64,000 nucleotides of DNA from Halocafeteria seosinensis (lineage: Eukaryota), in assembly GCA_001687465.1 (NCBI GenBank), contig LVLI01000386.1, positions 62,001 through 126,000 of the forward strand. The letters are read 5' to 3'. Within the stretch, counting starts at the first letter, position 1. The number at the start of each line of letters is the position of its first letter. Below, in pieces: positions 14,230 to 25,608 of the stretch. A program made the position numbers and the translations under genes. Under the pieces are notes generated by a model. That model saw only the letters and a program-made list of their open reading frames with translations, was not told the DNA's origin and searched no databases.

Positions 14230-15729
14230 CTTTCGTCGACAAATTAGCACTGGTTTATTTCTCCGTATAACTTGCTCTGACGGTAGATCGGGGCAAAACA
14301 TGGGCGATAGCACGTCTAACAAAGCTATTTTTTGAAAGTGTGGCAATTTGAAATACCAGACGGCATTTGAATTTCAGGACACACAAATTCAAATTCAAAG
14401 AGTAAAACTTTCCCAGGAATGAGGAACCCAGGACCGTTGGTACTGAAAAACAATCAGAGTAAAATACGAAAAGCACGAAAAAAAAGTAAACATACGGTAG
14501 CTTTGATTTGCTCGCATCAGCATACTACAAGAGCTGGTGGTGTACTGAATCTGTACGGCCGGTACAAGTAGTTGTTTGAACTCGTGGACTCCAGGTAACT
14601 TGGCAACAGGACAAGAAACTAAAGGGATACCAGTATCTCTTCTACATTGGCGTTCATGGCGCGCAAGTTCTTTTTTTTAATTATAGTCGCTTGGTCGGAA
14701 ATTCACGCCTCCACCACAGTGGTACCTCGTCTACTGGCTTGTCCTGCATACTCGGGTAAGTAGTGCAGAACCTACAAGTTGTCTACAACATGCTAGGGTA
14801 CATGTACAAACACTTGAAGGAATTGTAGTTTCAATTGTTATCGAATTTGTCGAAAGGCCAGTCAACGTACTCAGAAGGTAGAACTGGGCACGAAAGACGG
14901 CAAGGAGGTTTGGCTCATGTTTGCGCTTCCGAAAAGCATACTTTGAATGATCTACGAGTATCCTCTTCCAAGGTTTCCTGTCAGAATAGTTAAACTGTTG
15001 CGGTTTCAAGTGTAAGTCGGGTCGTCCCCATCCATAACAACGCTATAACACGTATCACTTTCAAACTCCCATAGGAATGTTAATTGCTTATCATAGAATC
15101 CTTCTATGACACTCTCTGTCAACAGACGCTGCAACACTTCGTATACATCTTGTCTGAACATGATTCGCCGCATTTTTTGAAATGATTCTTAGCAAAGGTA
15201 GCACAGGTGAGTAAATATCATGGAAGATTAAACCTTTGAAGAAGCGGGATGAATGCCTCCAATTTTTCCTCTCCCGAACTGAGTTTGATCCTCATGGGCC
15301 TCATCATAAACCAGGAAACAAGCTACCATGAGTTCCTCTCGCAGGCTTCCAAGGGTTAGGGTGGCTAACTTATGTTTTATGACACCACCACTACTAAGCC
15401 GATTAACGCAGTTCACTGCATTTTCTCATGCGTCATCCCTTCATCTTGGTGCTACATTCTGCTATGAACTTCGTATGAAGTAATCCTTCTGTGCTTGAAG
15501 CGCATGGGGGACCAAGTGCTAGAGACGTAGAAAGATCTCGCACGGGATGAAGATTCCATTATTAATTCTGTTAGCCCATTGACCATACAGTAGATAATAC
15601 ATTGCACGTCTATCATAACGGAATACACATCAGTTCTTGGATTCAGGGCAGGAAAAGTTCACGTGCATCATTTAGTCATGAGAGGCCGAGGGTTCCTCAA
15701 TGCGAATGTTGGTGGCTTACACTCCTCAA

Positions 15730-16229
15730 CTAGTCTCGCTCCTGGGATTTTTCGGCAGCTTTTCGCTCCAGTAGACTAATTTCTTTGTGTAACCTCTCCT
15801 CATACTGTTCCTTGCGATGTCGCGCTTCCTGATTGATTTTTATGGAATCTTCCTCTGGTGTTTCGAGAGATTTATAATATGGGTCCTGCAGACAGAGACA
15901 CTGAAATAGTGAATATTTTTTCTTATCCGGCTGTTGCATGCTTACTCGGGTTTCGTAATTTGCTTGTGAAATTTTCATCGTCTGTTGCATAATGACGTAC
16001 CCCACCGCGATGGGTGTACTAAAGTAGATCGTTCCCATCACTAACTTTCCCTGCGCACACGAGGCCAGAAAAAAATACAAAATACAAAATAAATGCAATT
16101 CCCTCTTCGATTCGACACTCAGTTCATCCTAAATAGACGTACTTTGGGTCCAAGAGGCACCCGAAAGTTGTGAATGCGATGTTTCAGCTCCTTATGTTTT
16201 CGTCCTAGTTCACGCAAGAACTCCATCAT
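15730..16229 (-). CDS. Small single-TM hypothetical protein, 3 exons
   Basis: Spliced reading MMEFLRELGRKHKELKHRIHNFRVPLGPK|GKLVMGTIYFSTPIAVGYVIMQQTM...ETR|DPYYKS...QERD* with canonical GT-AG introns. Confidence 0.65.
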
Positions 16230-16450
16230 TCCACCAACATACAAGCTATACCGGTAGGTCAGCAGCGACAGTTGTTTCTTTGTGCTTTCTACGTCGAGTA
16301 AAGATCAATGACGCCATCACTGCGTATTTCATTGATGTAGTTCTGCCAGCAAGAGTTTGTGAAGCGACTTTGAACGGGATCCCAGGGCGAGATAGTCTGA
16401 TAGGGGTTGATTTCGGTCGTATTTGAGGTGTCCGTCGCAATTCAAGCACA

Positions 16451-18257
16451 ATGTCCACCAAAAGCAGCGGTGGTATGCGAGGAGGATACAAGGGTAACCT
16501 TGTACAGGGTCTACGACATGGGCAGGGATCCTACGAGTACCCTGGACAACTTAACGCTCACTACACGGGGGCTTGGGAACGCGGCCACAAGCATGGTAAA
16601 GGCACTATCACGCTTCCAGGAGCGGTTTACGAAGGCGATTTCACTGGTGGACAAATGACGGGCTCTGGTATCAAGACATGGTTCCGGGAACCTTCCTGTC
16701 AAACACCGGAAGAGCACTACGAAGGCGAGTTCTGGCAAGGTGAACGCCATGGTTACGGTATAATGACGTACAAGGATGGCTCAGTATTTCGGGGCAACTG
16801 GGAACTAAATTCTCGTGAAGGAGAAGGCTCCCTAGTGTTCGCGGATGGATCCGTGTTCCAAGGGATGTTTTCCAATAATCAGCCTAGTGGTGCCGGTCAA
16901 CTTACTGATGCCAACAAACAGTGGACACTGAAAGGTATGCTAGACGTACTTGGGAACAAATTGGATGGAACTTTTTTCTATAATCCTGTATTTCTTTCAT
17001 GGTGCAGCGGGTTTCGTACACGGAGACATCAATCCTGAAGAAAAGGGTACAATCGAGTACACGGACGGTGCTGTGTACGAGGGGTTGCTGAAGGACTTTA
17101 AGCAGCATGGTTATGGTATTCTCCGAGCTTCAGACGCGAGCCCTCTAGAGTACGAAGGCGAATGGGCAAATGGAAGCCCTGTCAATATTCCTACCCAGAT
17201 GAACGTGCAACACGAGCCTTACGTCCCGGCAAGAGATACTGCAGAGATAGAAGAACTCCAGGCTCAAGAGACTGCCCGGAGTAGTCAATCGAAACAAAAG
17301 GGTGGAAAGTCCAAAGGCAAAAAGAAAGAGGACGAGCCCGAAAAATTAAATTCATTGTTAAATGTGGAAGCAAAGTTTGACTCTGTTTCCCAGCTTGTTG
17401 AAAATGTCGACTGGGCCCATTTAGATGTCCAGAGTCTTCCCTCGCTACAACCCCCTCTGAAACTGTATGCTGGAAGCTGGCTGCCGCGGCTGGAAGTTTA
17501 TGTGGTTTCTTCATCAGTAGAAGGCCTTGAACACGAGGAAGAATGCACTGAGAATGAGACTGTACAAAAGTTCATCAATTCGTATGTTGAAGAGGAGATG
17601 GCTTCATTCAAATCGAAAAAAGGTGCAAATGAGAAGCGCGAAGAACTGCTAGAAGAATTTACTAATCGAATACAAGCTATTGCAGCCTTTCACCCCTCTA
17701 GACTTGAAAAATGGGGTGGCAGTGGGCATCTACAACCCCTGTTAAGTGAAGGCGGGCGGTCATTTTCAGTAACACTACACAAGACGAGTGACGGACAAGA
17801 AGAAGGAGGTAAACAAGGCACGGGAGTGACCTCTATGTATGTGCGCAAGGATCGCTTGCAAGTTCCTTCTCAAATGAATCAAGGAGAAACGGGGATTCAT
17901 CAAACTCCATGGAACAATGGTGAGAACGCGGACGAAGACGCAAGTAACACTGTTGCTTCAGCCGAAGACCAGTTACACCGTGAGTGTATCAAGCAAATAT
18001 CAAACGTTGTTCTAGCATCTACTCAGCAGCCAGCAGTTGATGATTCCGAACTAACCAAGGAAACATGTATTTCCTTGCCTCCAACAGTGCGTGGCCGAAC
18101 GTCATTGCCATCCTACACAGCCAAAATACCGGCGGAAGCAAGTGGCCAATATGTCCTACAAATTGACGATACTACACCACAGTGTAAGTATGGGAAAGCG
18201 CTTCCAGCAGCTCACATTGCACTCCACGTAGTCCCTACATCCCCACCAGGGTCGTAG
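16451..18257 (+). CDS. MORN-repeat protein, one intron ~16935-17008
   Basis: About 8-9 Y.G.W/F..G..HG.G repeats in the N-terminal half; C-terminal half unassigned. Confidence 0.85.
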
Positions 18258-18266
18258 GCATCAGCA

Positions 18267-21200
18267 CTATCGAGTGCGGTTGGGAACTGACCTCTGCCAG
18301 CTAATCATTGTATCAAGCATGGGATTGCTCCAACTATTCCGTCGACGCTTCCCTCGGCGATACTGCGGTAACGCTAGCTTACTAAAATCTACAGAAGCTA
18401 CGCTGTGTCGCCTTGGCCTCGGGTTTCGCTTCGGAAAACCATTCACTGAGGTCGCCCAGCGAGGAGAAAGGTGTGGTGGAATGTCCCCCTGGCTTACGGC
18501 TAACCAGTCACCAACATGCTTGTTCTGTATCCCTTTAGGAGTAACGGTATCCTTCCCACTGGTTTCTATGGACGCAATAGACCGGACACTTGTAGGAGTA
18601 TCAGATTTTGTATTTATAGCCGGCCAGAACTGCGCGGTAGAAACTGAGACTTCGCGTTTCTTCTTCAACTGGAATAGATGCGGTCTTCTGCTTATTATCT
18701 GAAGCAGTCGTTCGTCGAAATTTGCCATTTTGGATTGAATGACCTGTCTATTCTGCTCAGATACGCAATGCCGGAGTCGGTGGAAGTTGCGTTTCCACCA
18801 TTCCCAAGTCTTCATATAGAACTTGCGCGAAGCTTTCCCTCTTCTCCGGAGAATCAAGGAAAGGTTGTCAGATCCGGGACTGGTATATTCGCATTGATTC
18901 CATTCGTTGCGGATATTATTCAGCCTTGCAGTGTTTCTTGATTGAATGAGCGAAGAGACCGCTTCGGCGGAGGGCGCAACGTGAAATCGGCCGTGTTTGA
19001 CTAAGCCTGCCTCCTTGAGTCTTCTTGCAGCACTCGGAAAATGGCTCATTGCATCGGTGACCATTTCACTTAACTGTTCGAGGCTATAGCTATCGATTGG
19101 ATACTTCTTCAGAGCTGCTAGTCGGATTAGAGCATCGTGAGCAGCAAAATTACGTTCATGTAGGCTTTTAATATGATACTCTAGCTGCTTTCTTCGTGTT
19201 GTTTCGTAGAGGTCATCAGCTTCCTCGGATGTTTGCCATCGCTCCACTATTTTTCTCCGTCTTTCCATTCGCGCTTTACTAAAGTAATGGTGGCGTGTGT
19301 CACGAACATGGTTTTTCAACCCCATGATATACTCCCTTGCAGCTTGAACAGGTCGTCCTGCTTGTATGGCGCGATTTACGGTAAGTACCTTGCATTTATC
19401 TAAGTGTGAAGAATGAACACTCCGGTAGTAGTAGTTTAGTTCATCAAATAAGCGCCGCAATTTGGGATAGTCAGCCGCATATGTATCAACCGTATGTATA
19501 GTTGCGGGGCTGGTATACACTCCCAATTCTCTAAGATATGATTGTAATAATTCATCAATACCCCGTCGTCTAAGATCCTTCTCCGCTTTCAATGATTCTA
19601 ACTTCTCTTTCAAACACTGTTTATGCTTGCGCAAACTCGACAAATACTGCAGTTGTCTGTCATCAGACTTGGTGGAGCTCTGTTGCAATTGCTGCACTGG
19701 ATTCGGCAAACGCGAAAGCGTGTTGAGAAATATCACCAGGGGCAGCAGTTTGTTGGCTTCTGAGTGTGATGAGTCGTTACATGCTGTGAGGTTTCTGCAC
19801 GCCCGGGCGGTCTTTGGTAGGTTGAAACTGTTCATGTATGACACCAATGACACCAAATTAGCCGGAGCTTGTACCCAGTCATCAGTTGTCAGCATTGAAA
19901 GTTCGAATGGGATACACACACGCTCGTTCCGAAGAATGCGCAGAATAGTTTGCAGTATCCGGCTCATTGCTAAGCACTCCACATACCATTCGGGTATGGG
20001 GTGACTACTGTCTGCACGCCCGACTATCATATCGCTCATTGGCTCCAAAGAACCTTTCCTAGTAGTAGGGTACCCGCTGTGAAGAGGTTTGTTACTAGCC
20101 TGAGAACTGACATGCTGATTCATGCTTGGTTTGGTTCTTTTTCGCGTGGACATTAGGGAACTTGTTACAGCAGCAGGAATTGCCTTGGTTGCGGTCTCAG
20201 GCCCCTCTTCTTTGTTTAAGACGCCATCAGTAGCATTCTTATGTCTCGCAAACTCCTGTAGATCGGAAATGCGTTGTTCTATTTCATCCCGAAAGGTAAG
20301 TCCGTTATCAGTGCTTCTACTGGGAAGCTTGCTGTGACGTTCATTTTCTCTCTTCCAACCCTCGTCGTCATTGCGACGTTGCCAAGTCTGCTGAGAAACG
20401 GTCTGTTCTTGAGAAGGGGGATCACCAATCGCTTCGTTCACGCCAGTTGCGGTTCGACGGTGACTATCAATGGTTGTCTTTCGCATACTCGAATCGGTGA
20501 CCAAAGGCCCCTGCGAGACAGAAGGTAAAGCATGTGAACTGGTTGCACGCTTCACCGGAGCAGACTCCGATACGTCCCGGCTGGAAGCAACATCTGCTGA
20601 GTACACGCCTGTAACCCTGCCATTGGTAGGTGGGCTGGTAATGGCGTTCACCATCGAAGAATAGCTGTCAACAGAGATTGGCGTAGATCTGCTGGTACAG
20701 CTGTGATCAAACGAATGAGTATCTGCAGGTACAGATTGAGCGGACAATTGATCGGCTGTATCTGTCGGCAAGGTTGGTTGATCAACGTTGCTACTTCGAG
20801 ATTTGTCCGTCGCTTTGCTCCTGGCTTTCACCGAGGACTCTCCGCTGATCGAAGGTAAGCTTTCTGATAGACCGTTTTCCTGACGAGATTGCATGACGGA
20901 GGAACCGCTACTCGAAGCTCGGGCGTCTGAAGTTGCCGCACCGTGTTGGATATCCTCAGGATACCCAGTAACGTATTTCGAGTCACCTATTGCACTTGCT
21001 TGGGAGGAAACGTCCGTCCGCTGAACACCTGAAACACTCCCAGTATGTACACTAGCACTTGAGCTATTCGCGTGCGATTGAATGTTGCGAGTACTGAGGG
21101 GAGGTTTAGAAAGAACTACAAGTTCTTCCCTGGAGAAAGCATCTGCGGGAATAGGATCGTTACTACCCCTATCGCTGGAAACCGATTCGCTTAGCTTGAG

Positions 21201-23339
21201 TAAACTCTGCCCAGGTTTTGCCTTAGGTGGTTGTGGGCTAACTGGAGCAGTTTCCAGCATATTCTTTCCCTGTGGTATTGAAAACGTATCTGTAGAAGAA
21301 GTAGTACCCTCCATATTCCTCTGGCCTTCCGAGTTTGGTCCTTTGCTCTCTGCAGACGTCGAGACTCGCACAGTTCCGGACTCGTGTTCTGGTGTTTGCG
21401 TTTCATCTTGACGTGGGCTCTCATCGGCTGGTTTCGAAGTCGGTAAACTACTGTCCGCCAATCTCGCTGAACTATCTATATCCATACTCTCCGAAGCTGA
21501 GACTGCCTCTTTAGTCGAAGAAGTGGTTCCGCCCTCACTGCCCTGCGCATGTTGAGCGTCCGACTGCGGTCGTCCAAGAGGAGCAGCATCTACTGTCAAG
21601 GGAGCGAGGTCGTCAGAGGCTCGACTAGGGTCGTCTACTTTCGTATTCTTCACCGGCACCTTTGGTTTCGGAGGCAGCTCGTGTGACCTACCCTTAATGC
21701 TCCTTTTCCGGGACTCCTTTTTCCCAGATGACTGCATGCTAGGAGAAGCCTGCGAACCGGCTGTAGATTTTTTACGAGAAAGCATTCCTAGCTTCGGTTT
21801 CCGAGGGCCGGTCGCATCATCTTGGGGATCAGCTTGGGCGGAACTCGAATCGCCAGAGTCATCTTCGTAATGCTGCGCTTGAACAATTTGCGTCGACGAA
21901 GAAGTCGACGAAGCAGGGGCACCTGAACTATCGCTTACAGTGGGTACGGTGGACATGGAGCGGGCATTCTGCGTAGTCACAGCTGAGTTCGTTTTCCCGA
22001 CTGGATTTACTGCTGCATGTGTGGTCTCCGTTTCATCCTGCTGTGCTTCCGAGTTACGCTTAGTTGAGTCAACAAATTCCGAAACGTGGACCGAGAAACT
22101 CGCCTCAGATTGAACGTCACTGCGCTCCTCCTCGTGAAGGGAAGCTGCGGCTACTGAAGTAGGGAGCGTAGCGGGAGCATCGCTGCGGGAGGCGAAAGTG
22201 CTCGATGAGGATGCTGGCTGATGATCCCCTTGACTCTCCCCACTCGAAGAGGGCGCACGTACTGTTGTACCATTTTGAGTTTGCTGAGTAGGAGAAATGC
22301 TCGTAGAGGCAACTACTGCAGATGAAGTCTGTGTATCCAGTCCAGAGAGCGAGGAAGAACTGCCCACCACAGCTGGAGTCACTGAAGAGTCCAGATCAGC
22401 TTCTTTATTCCCATGAAAAGCTAGTGAGCTGGACGGCGTTGTCCTGACTTGATCTGCTTTAGCAACAGAAGACGACGGTGACCTAGCGGATGTAAAATTT
22501 GGACCACCGGCGTTACTCTGAGTTTCTTCCGAAAGAGAAGAAGTGTTCGACGAGGTAACTACTGTCGCAGCATTTTGAGTATCAGTTTGGCTTTCCCTAT
22601 CAGGCAGAGACGAACCGGTAGAACTGGCGGCTTTGGACGGGTTGGTTTGGCTTTCAGTCTGTGTGTCAGCTTGACTGCTCCGCATAGGCGCAGATGGGCG
22701 GGTAGAACTTGCTGTATTGGATGCGGCAGGTGAACCACTGTGACTTTCCGCAGCAGGTACAGCTTGAGTGTCAGTGTGACTTTTCCTATCAGGCGCAGCG
22801 GGCCCAGGGGAACTGGCAGCATTGGATGCAGGAGACGAGCCTGTCTTCGGAAAAGAAGATACATTTGACGACGATGTGGCTTCCGCATGCGCTACGTCAG
22901 CATCAGAAGAAGTATTTATAGAGACAGCGGTCGCATTTAAGGCTTTAGCTGTGGATGCGTCGTTACGTCCGGTGGAAGAGCTTACCGCCTTTGCGTCCCC
23001 CTTACTATCCATACTCTCCGTGGCCTCAGTCCTTTGACCAATGGAGGTCTCTGGACGCTTGGGTGGTGGAGCCGGAGGAGACCGTTTCGATTGAGGCTTT
23101 TCCTTTGTAAACGCATCCGTGTCTGTATCCGCTGGTATACTGACCATCTTGGCACGTTGTGGCTGGCCGGCTCCGCTCGTTCTCCTCCCCGGAGGTGGTT
23201 TATTCGGTGGTGGTGGCTTCGGGGTGGCATCCTGTTGGTTCCGCCGAGCTGGCGCCGGCGGCGGCGGTGGCTTCTTGATAGTTTGCTTTTGGTTTCCCCG
23301 ATATTGAGGAGGTGGTGGCGGTGGTGCGTGTGAAGACAT
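18267..23339 (-). CDS. Hypothetical 1690-aa protein (Pro-rich N-terminus, ~1050-aa Ser/Thr-rich disordered region, basic helical C-terminus)
   Basis: Uninterrupted 5-kb ORF from an ATG; no recognisable domain. Confidence 0.75.
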   Translation of the reverse strand: MSSHAPPPPPPQYRGNQKQTIKKPPPPPAPARRNQQDATPKPPPPNKPPPGRRTSGAGQPQRAKMVSIPADTDTDAFTKEKPQSKRSPPAPPPKRPETSIGQRTEATESMDSKGDAKAVSSSTGRNDASTAKALNATAVSINTSSDADVAHAEATSSSNVSSFPKTGSSPASNAASSPGPAAPDRKSHTDTQAVPAAESHSGSPAASNTASSTRPSAPMRSSQADTQTESQTNPSKAASSTGSSLPDRESQTDTQNAATVVTSSNTSSLSEETQSNAGGPNFTSARSPSSSVAKADQVRTTPSSSLAFHGNKEADLDSSVTPAVVGSSSSLSGLDTQTSSAVVASTSISPTQQTQNGTTVRAPSSSGESQGDHQPASSSSTFASRSDAPATLPTSVAAASLHEEERSDVQSEASFSVHVSEFVDSTKRNSEAQQDETETTHAAVNPVGKTNSAVTTQNARSMSTVPTVSDSSGAPASSTSSSTQIVQAQHYEDDSGDSSSAQADPQDDATGPRKPKLGMLSRKKSTAGSQASPSMQSSGKKESRKRSIKGRSHELPPKPKVPVKNTKVDDPSRASDDLAPLTVDAAPLGRPQSDAQHAQGSEGGTTSSTKEAVSASESMDIDSSARLADSSLPTSKPADESPRQDETQTPEHESGTVRVSTSAESKGPNSEGQRNMEGTTSSTDTFSIPQGKNMLETAPVSPQPPKAKPGQSLLKLSESVSSDRGSNDPIPADAFSREELVVLSKPPLSTRNIQSHANSSSASVHTGSVSGVQRTDVSSQASAIGDSKYVTGYPEDIQHGAATSDARASSSGSSVMQSRQENGLSESLPSISGESSVKARSKATDKSRSSNVDQPTLPTDTADQLSAQSVPADTHSFDHSCTSRSTPISVDSYSSMVNAITSPPTNGRVTGVYSADVASSRDVSESAPVKRATSSHALPSVSQGPLVTDSSMRKTTIDSHRRTATGVNEAIGDPPSQEQTVSQQTWQRRNDDEGWKRENERHSKLPSRSTDNGLTFRDEIEQRISDLQEFARHKNATDGVLNKEEGPETATKAIPAAVTSSLMSTRKRTKPSMNQHVSSQASNKPLHSGYPTTRKGSLEPMSDMIVGRADSSHPIPEWYVECLAMSRILQTILRILRNERVCIPFELSMLTTDDWVQAPANLVSLVSYMNSFNLPKTARACRNLTACNDSSHSEANKLLPLVIFLNTLSRLPNPVQQLQQSSTKSDDRQLQYLSSLRKHKQCLKEKLESLKAEKDLRRRGIDELLQSYLRELGVYTSPATIHTVDTYAADYPKLRRLFDELNYYYRSVHSSHLDKCKVLTVNRAIQAGRPVQAAREYIMGLKNHVRDTRHHYFSKARMERRRKIVERWQTSEEADDLYETTRRKQLEYHIKSLHERNFAAHDALIRLAALKKYPIDSYSLEQLSEMVTDAMSHFPSAARRLKEAGLVKHGRFHVAPSAEAVSSLIQSRNTARLNNIRNEWNQCEYTSPGSDNLSLILRRRGKASRKFYMKTWEWWKRNFHRLRHCVSEQNRQVIQSKMANFDERLLQIISRRPHLFQLKKKREVSVSTAQFWPAINTKSDTPTSVRSIASIETSGKDTVTPKGIQNKHVGDWLAVSQGDIPPHLSPRWATSVNGFPKRNPRPRRHSVASVDFSKLALPQYRRGKRRRNSWSNPMLDTMISWQRSVPNRTR

Positions 23340-23989
23340 TGGTTGCTATATCTTCTGAACTCTGTTTACAACGCCACCATCGGGGGGTTAGTTAAGCCAG
23401 TGCAGCTAATTTGTATCCAAGACAACCCTTGGTCCCTTGTACCCCCAATTACACGCTCTATTCTCCCCGTAGTCCGTAACAACAATCAATCGTGTACAAT
23501 GAGGGTATGTGCGTGTCGGCTAAACTGGAAGGACGCTGGGACAAAAACTTGGCTTCCTCTACGATGGTGCCTTCCAGGAACCGTGTTGCCTCTATTTGTG
23601 CACCTGCACGTACACGAGCGTGCTCTAGGGCAGTTAAAAGAAAATGCGAAAAAAATTGGAATATGATCACTGATAAACCACATTAAGAAGGGAATAATGG
23701 TTCCGTGGCGAGCTCGTTGCGACGACGGTACGTTGCGACCGGACGCCAGACGCTGACGCGTAGGAATGCTACACACACCAGCTGTGAGCTCACTCACGGT
23801 GCAAACATAGGAATGCTTTAGTAAAACAGATGATTAATAATATACGAAATTGGAATCACATGAGGTAAAAAGTGCATATTTGTGTCTAGGTTTCACAGAT
23901 TTGTTTGCAACGTAACTCTTACAACGCAAAGAACTGGATTCAGCTTGGTAGCGCCTAGATTACCAACCTATACGCACTAAGTATCAAAT

Positions 23990-25429
23990 TCATATAATTT
24001 CCAGTTTCCGCGATGGAGAATATCCCCCCTTATCTTTAAACCTCTCGTACAACTTTGTCAACGCCTCCATGTATCGTTCATGGTACTTGTTCACCAGCGA
24101 CTCATCCAACAGCCCACCCTTCTCATTCAAAGCGGCTTTCTCCACGTCAATAGGGCGTCCAACAGCAACTACCAATGGTCGCTGCAATTAAAAGAAAGAA
24201 TCTTTCCAAAACAATACATGACCCACACTCTACCCGCGTTCCTGCATACCTGATACGGGAACATCGAAAACCAAGGCCCATGGTAAATTGGAAGGCAAAT
24301 ATAAAAGTTCTTGGCAAGCCACATCCGGAAGCTCTGCGCAAAATAAGAAAACCAAGGGCATAGTGGGATTTAGTTCGCTGCATGATATCAAGGAGTTATT
24401 CTCCTTACAGATAGAATCCCATATGTCTGAAATAAGTCAGTATTCCCGAAAGTGTACGTCGGTACCAGCTTGGCACCATACTTTAGCGCCAACCTGCAAA
24501 CAGTGAGTGACTCATTACTACTCTCGGTTAACAAAAGTCTAATGGAGACTCATCTTGCCTCGTACTTTACGAAGCCCTTCCGTTTTCGAAGCACGATTCG
24601 ATCAGTACCAGGAGCTGATTGCAAGGATTCTTCCTCCCCTCCTATGACTGCGACAACATCGCATTGCAGACGGTTTAGTTGCTCCCTCAGCACTGTGCTA
24701 GATGGACGATTTTATATGCACTTACCAATCGAGAGAGAATAGCCTTCTTGTAGTATTCGTTCGCATACATGCCGGCTACAGTCTCGATAGCCCATCCATA
24801 AAAACAATTCCCGCACGAATGGTATCAGAAACATTACAGAAGCAACCTGCGGATACGAATACGAATATGATTTTCATACTGAATCATATTCCACGTATAC
24901 AAGGAACACTCACCACGTCAACAATTTTTCCTCGTAGTTGAGGGAATCCTCGATAGAAAGGACTGTGCGGGTTGCGGAAGATCAGACCGCCTGTGGCATG
25001 TATTCCATGCGGATGAACTCCAAAGATATAGGTCTCTTCGGGATCAAACAAATTCTCCTTGCTTTCTTTCCATGTCGTATTATCAGTTCTGTCTTGCTGT
25101 TCGTCATCCACCTCCACATGAATTGGAAAGAAACTGCAAAGCGGATCCAGGAAGTCCCCAAGCTCCTGCAGTCCCTTCTCCGAATAGGAAGGCGGTCTCT
25201 TGGGTGCTGAAGAATTCAGATACACCCAAATATAGTACGAAATGAGTCCAATCACTCCCGTGAACGCTCCTATTCGTGGAAAATACATCCATGAAAGAAG
25301 AGCATAGAGCCCCAGTACCAGGATACAAACCGCAAAGAAGTATCCATACACGAACACCGCGACACTTTTCCGAATAAGCGCTCTGATATTCAGGGTATCA
25401 TTGGTCCGAGCTGGCAGTCTCAGCACCAT
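23990..25429 (-). CDS. DGAT2: Diacylglycerol/monoacylglycerol acyltransferase (DGAT2/MOGAT family), multi-exon
   Basis: N-terminal TM hairpin, FFP (YFP-like), YIFGVHPHG catalytic motif, GGEEE, RKGFVKY and C-terminal RPLVVAVGRPI. Confidence 0.85.
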
Positions 25430-25608
25430 CGTATGTCGATCCTGCCTGGTCAAAGGCACCAGGAACCTCGAATAACAGCGAGCGAGGACCACTTCCAGCC
25501 AGCACCCGGCGGCTGGAATCCAGGTTTTACCTGAGTTGGTAGTATACTATACAGTCGTCCCGGTGGATTGTTACGACGCAGGACCACAGACGAAAGGAGA
25601 TCGAGTAC

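Noticed and set aside
23343..23990. Short ORFs or a possible ncRNA between the orphan gene and DGAT2
   Set aside because: No convincing spliced model, motif or RNA structure found.
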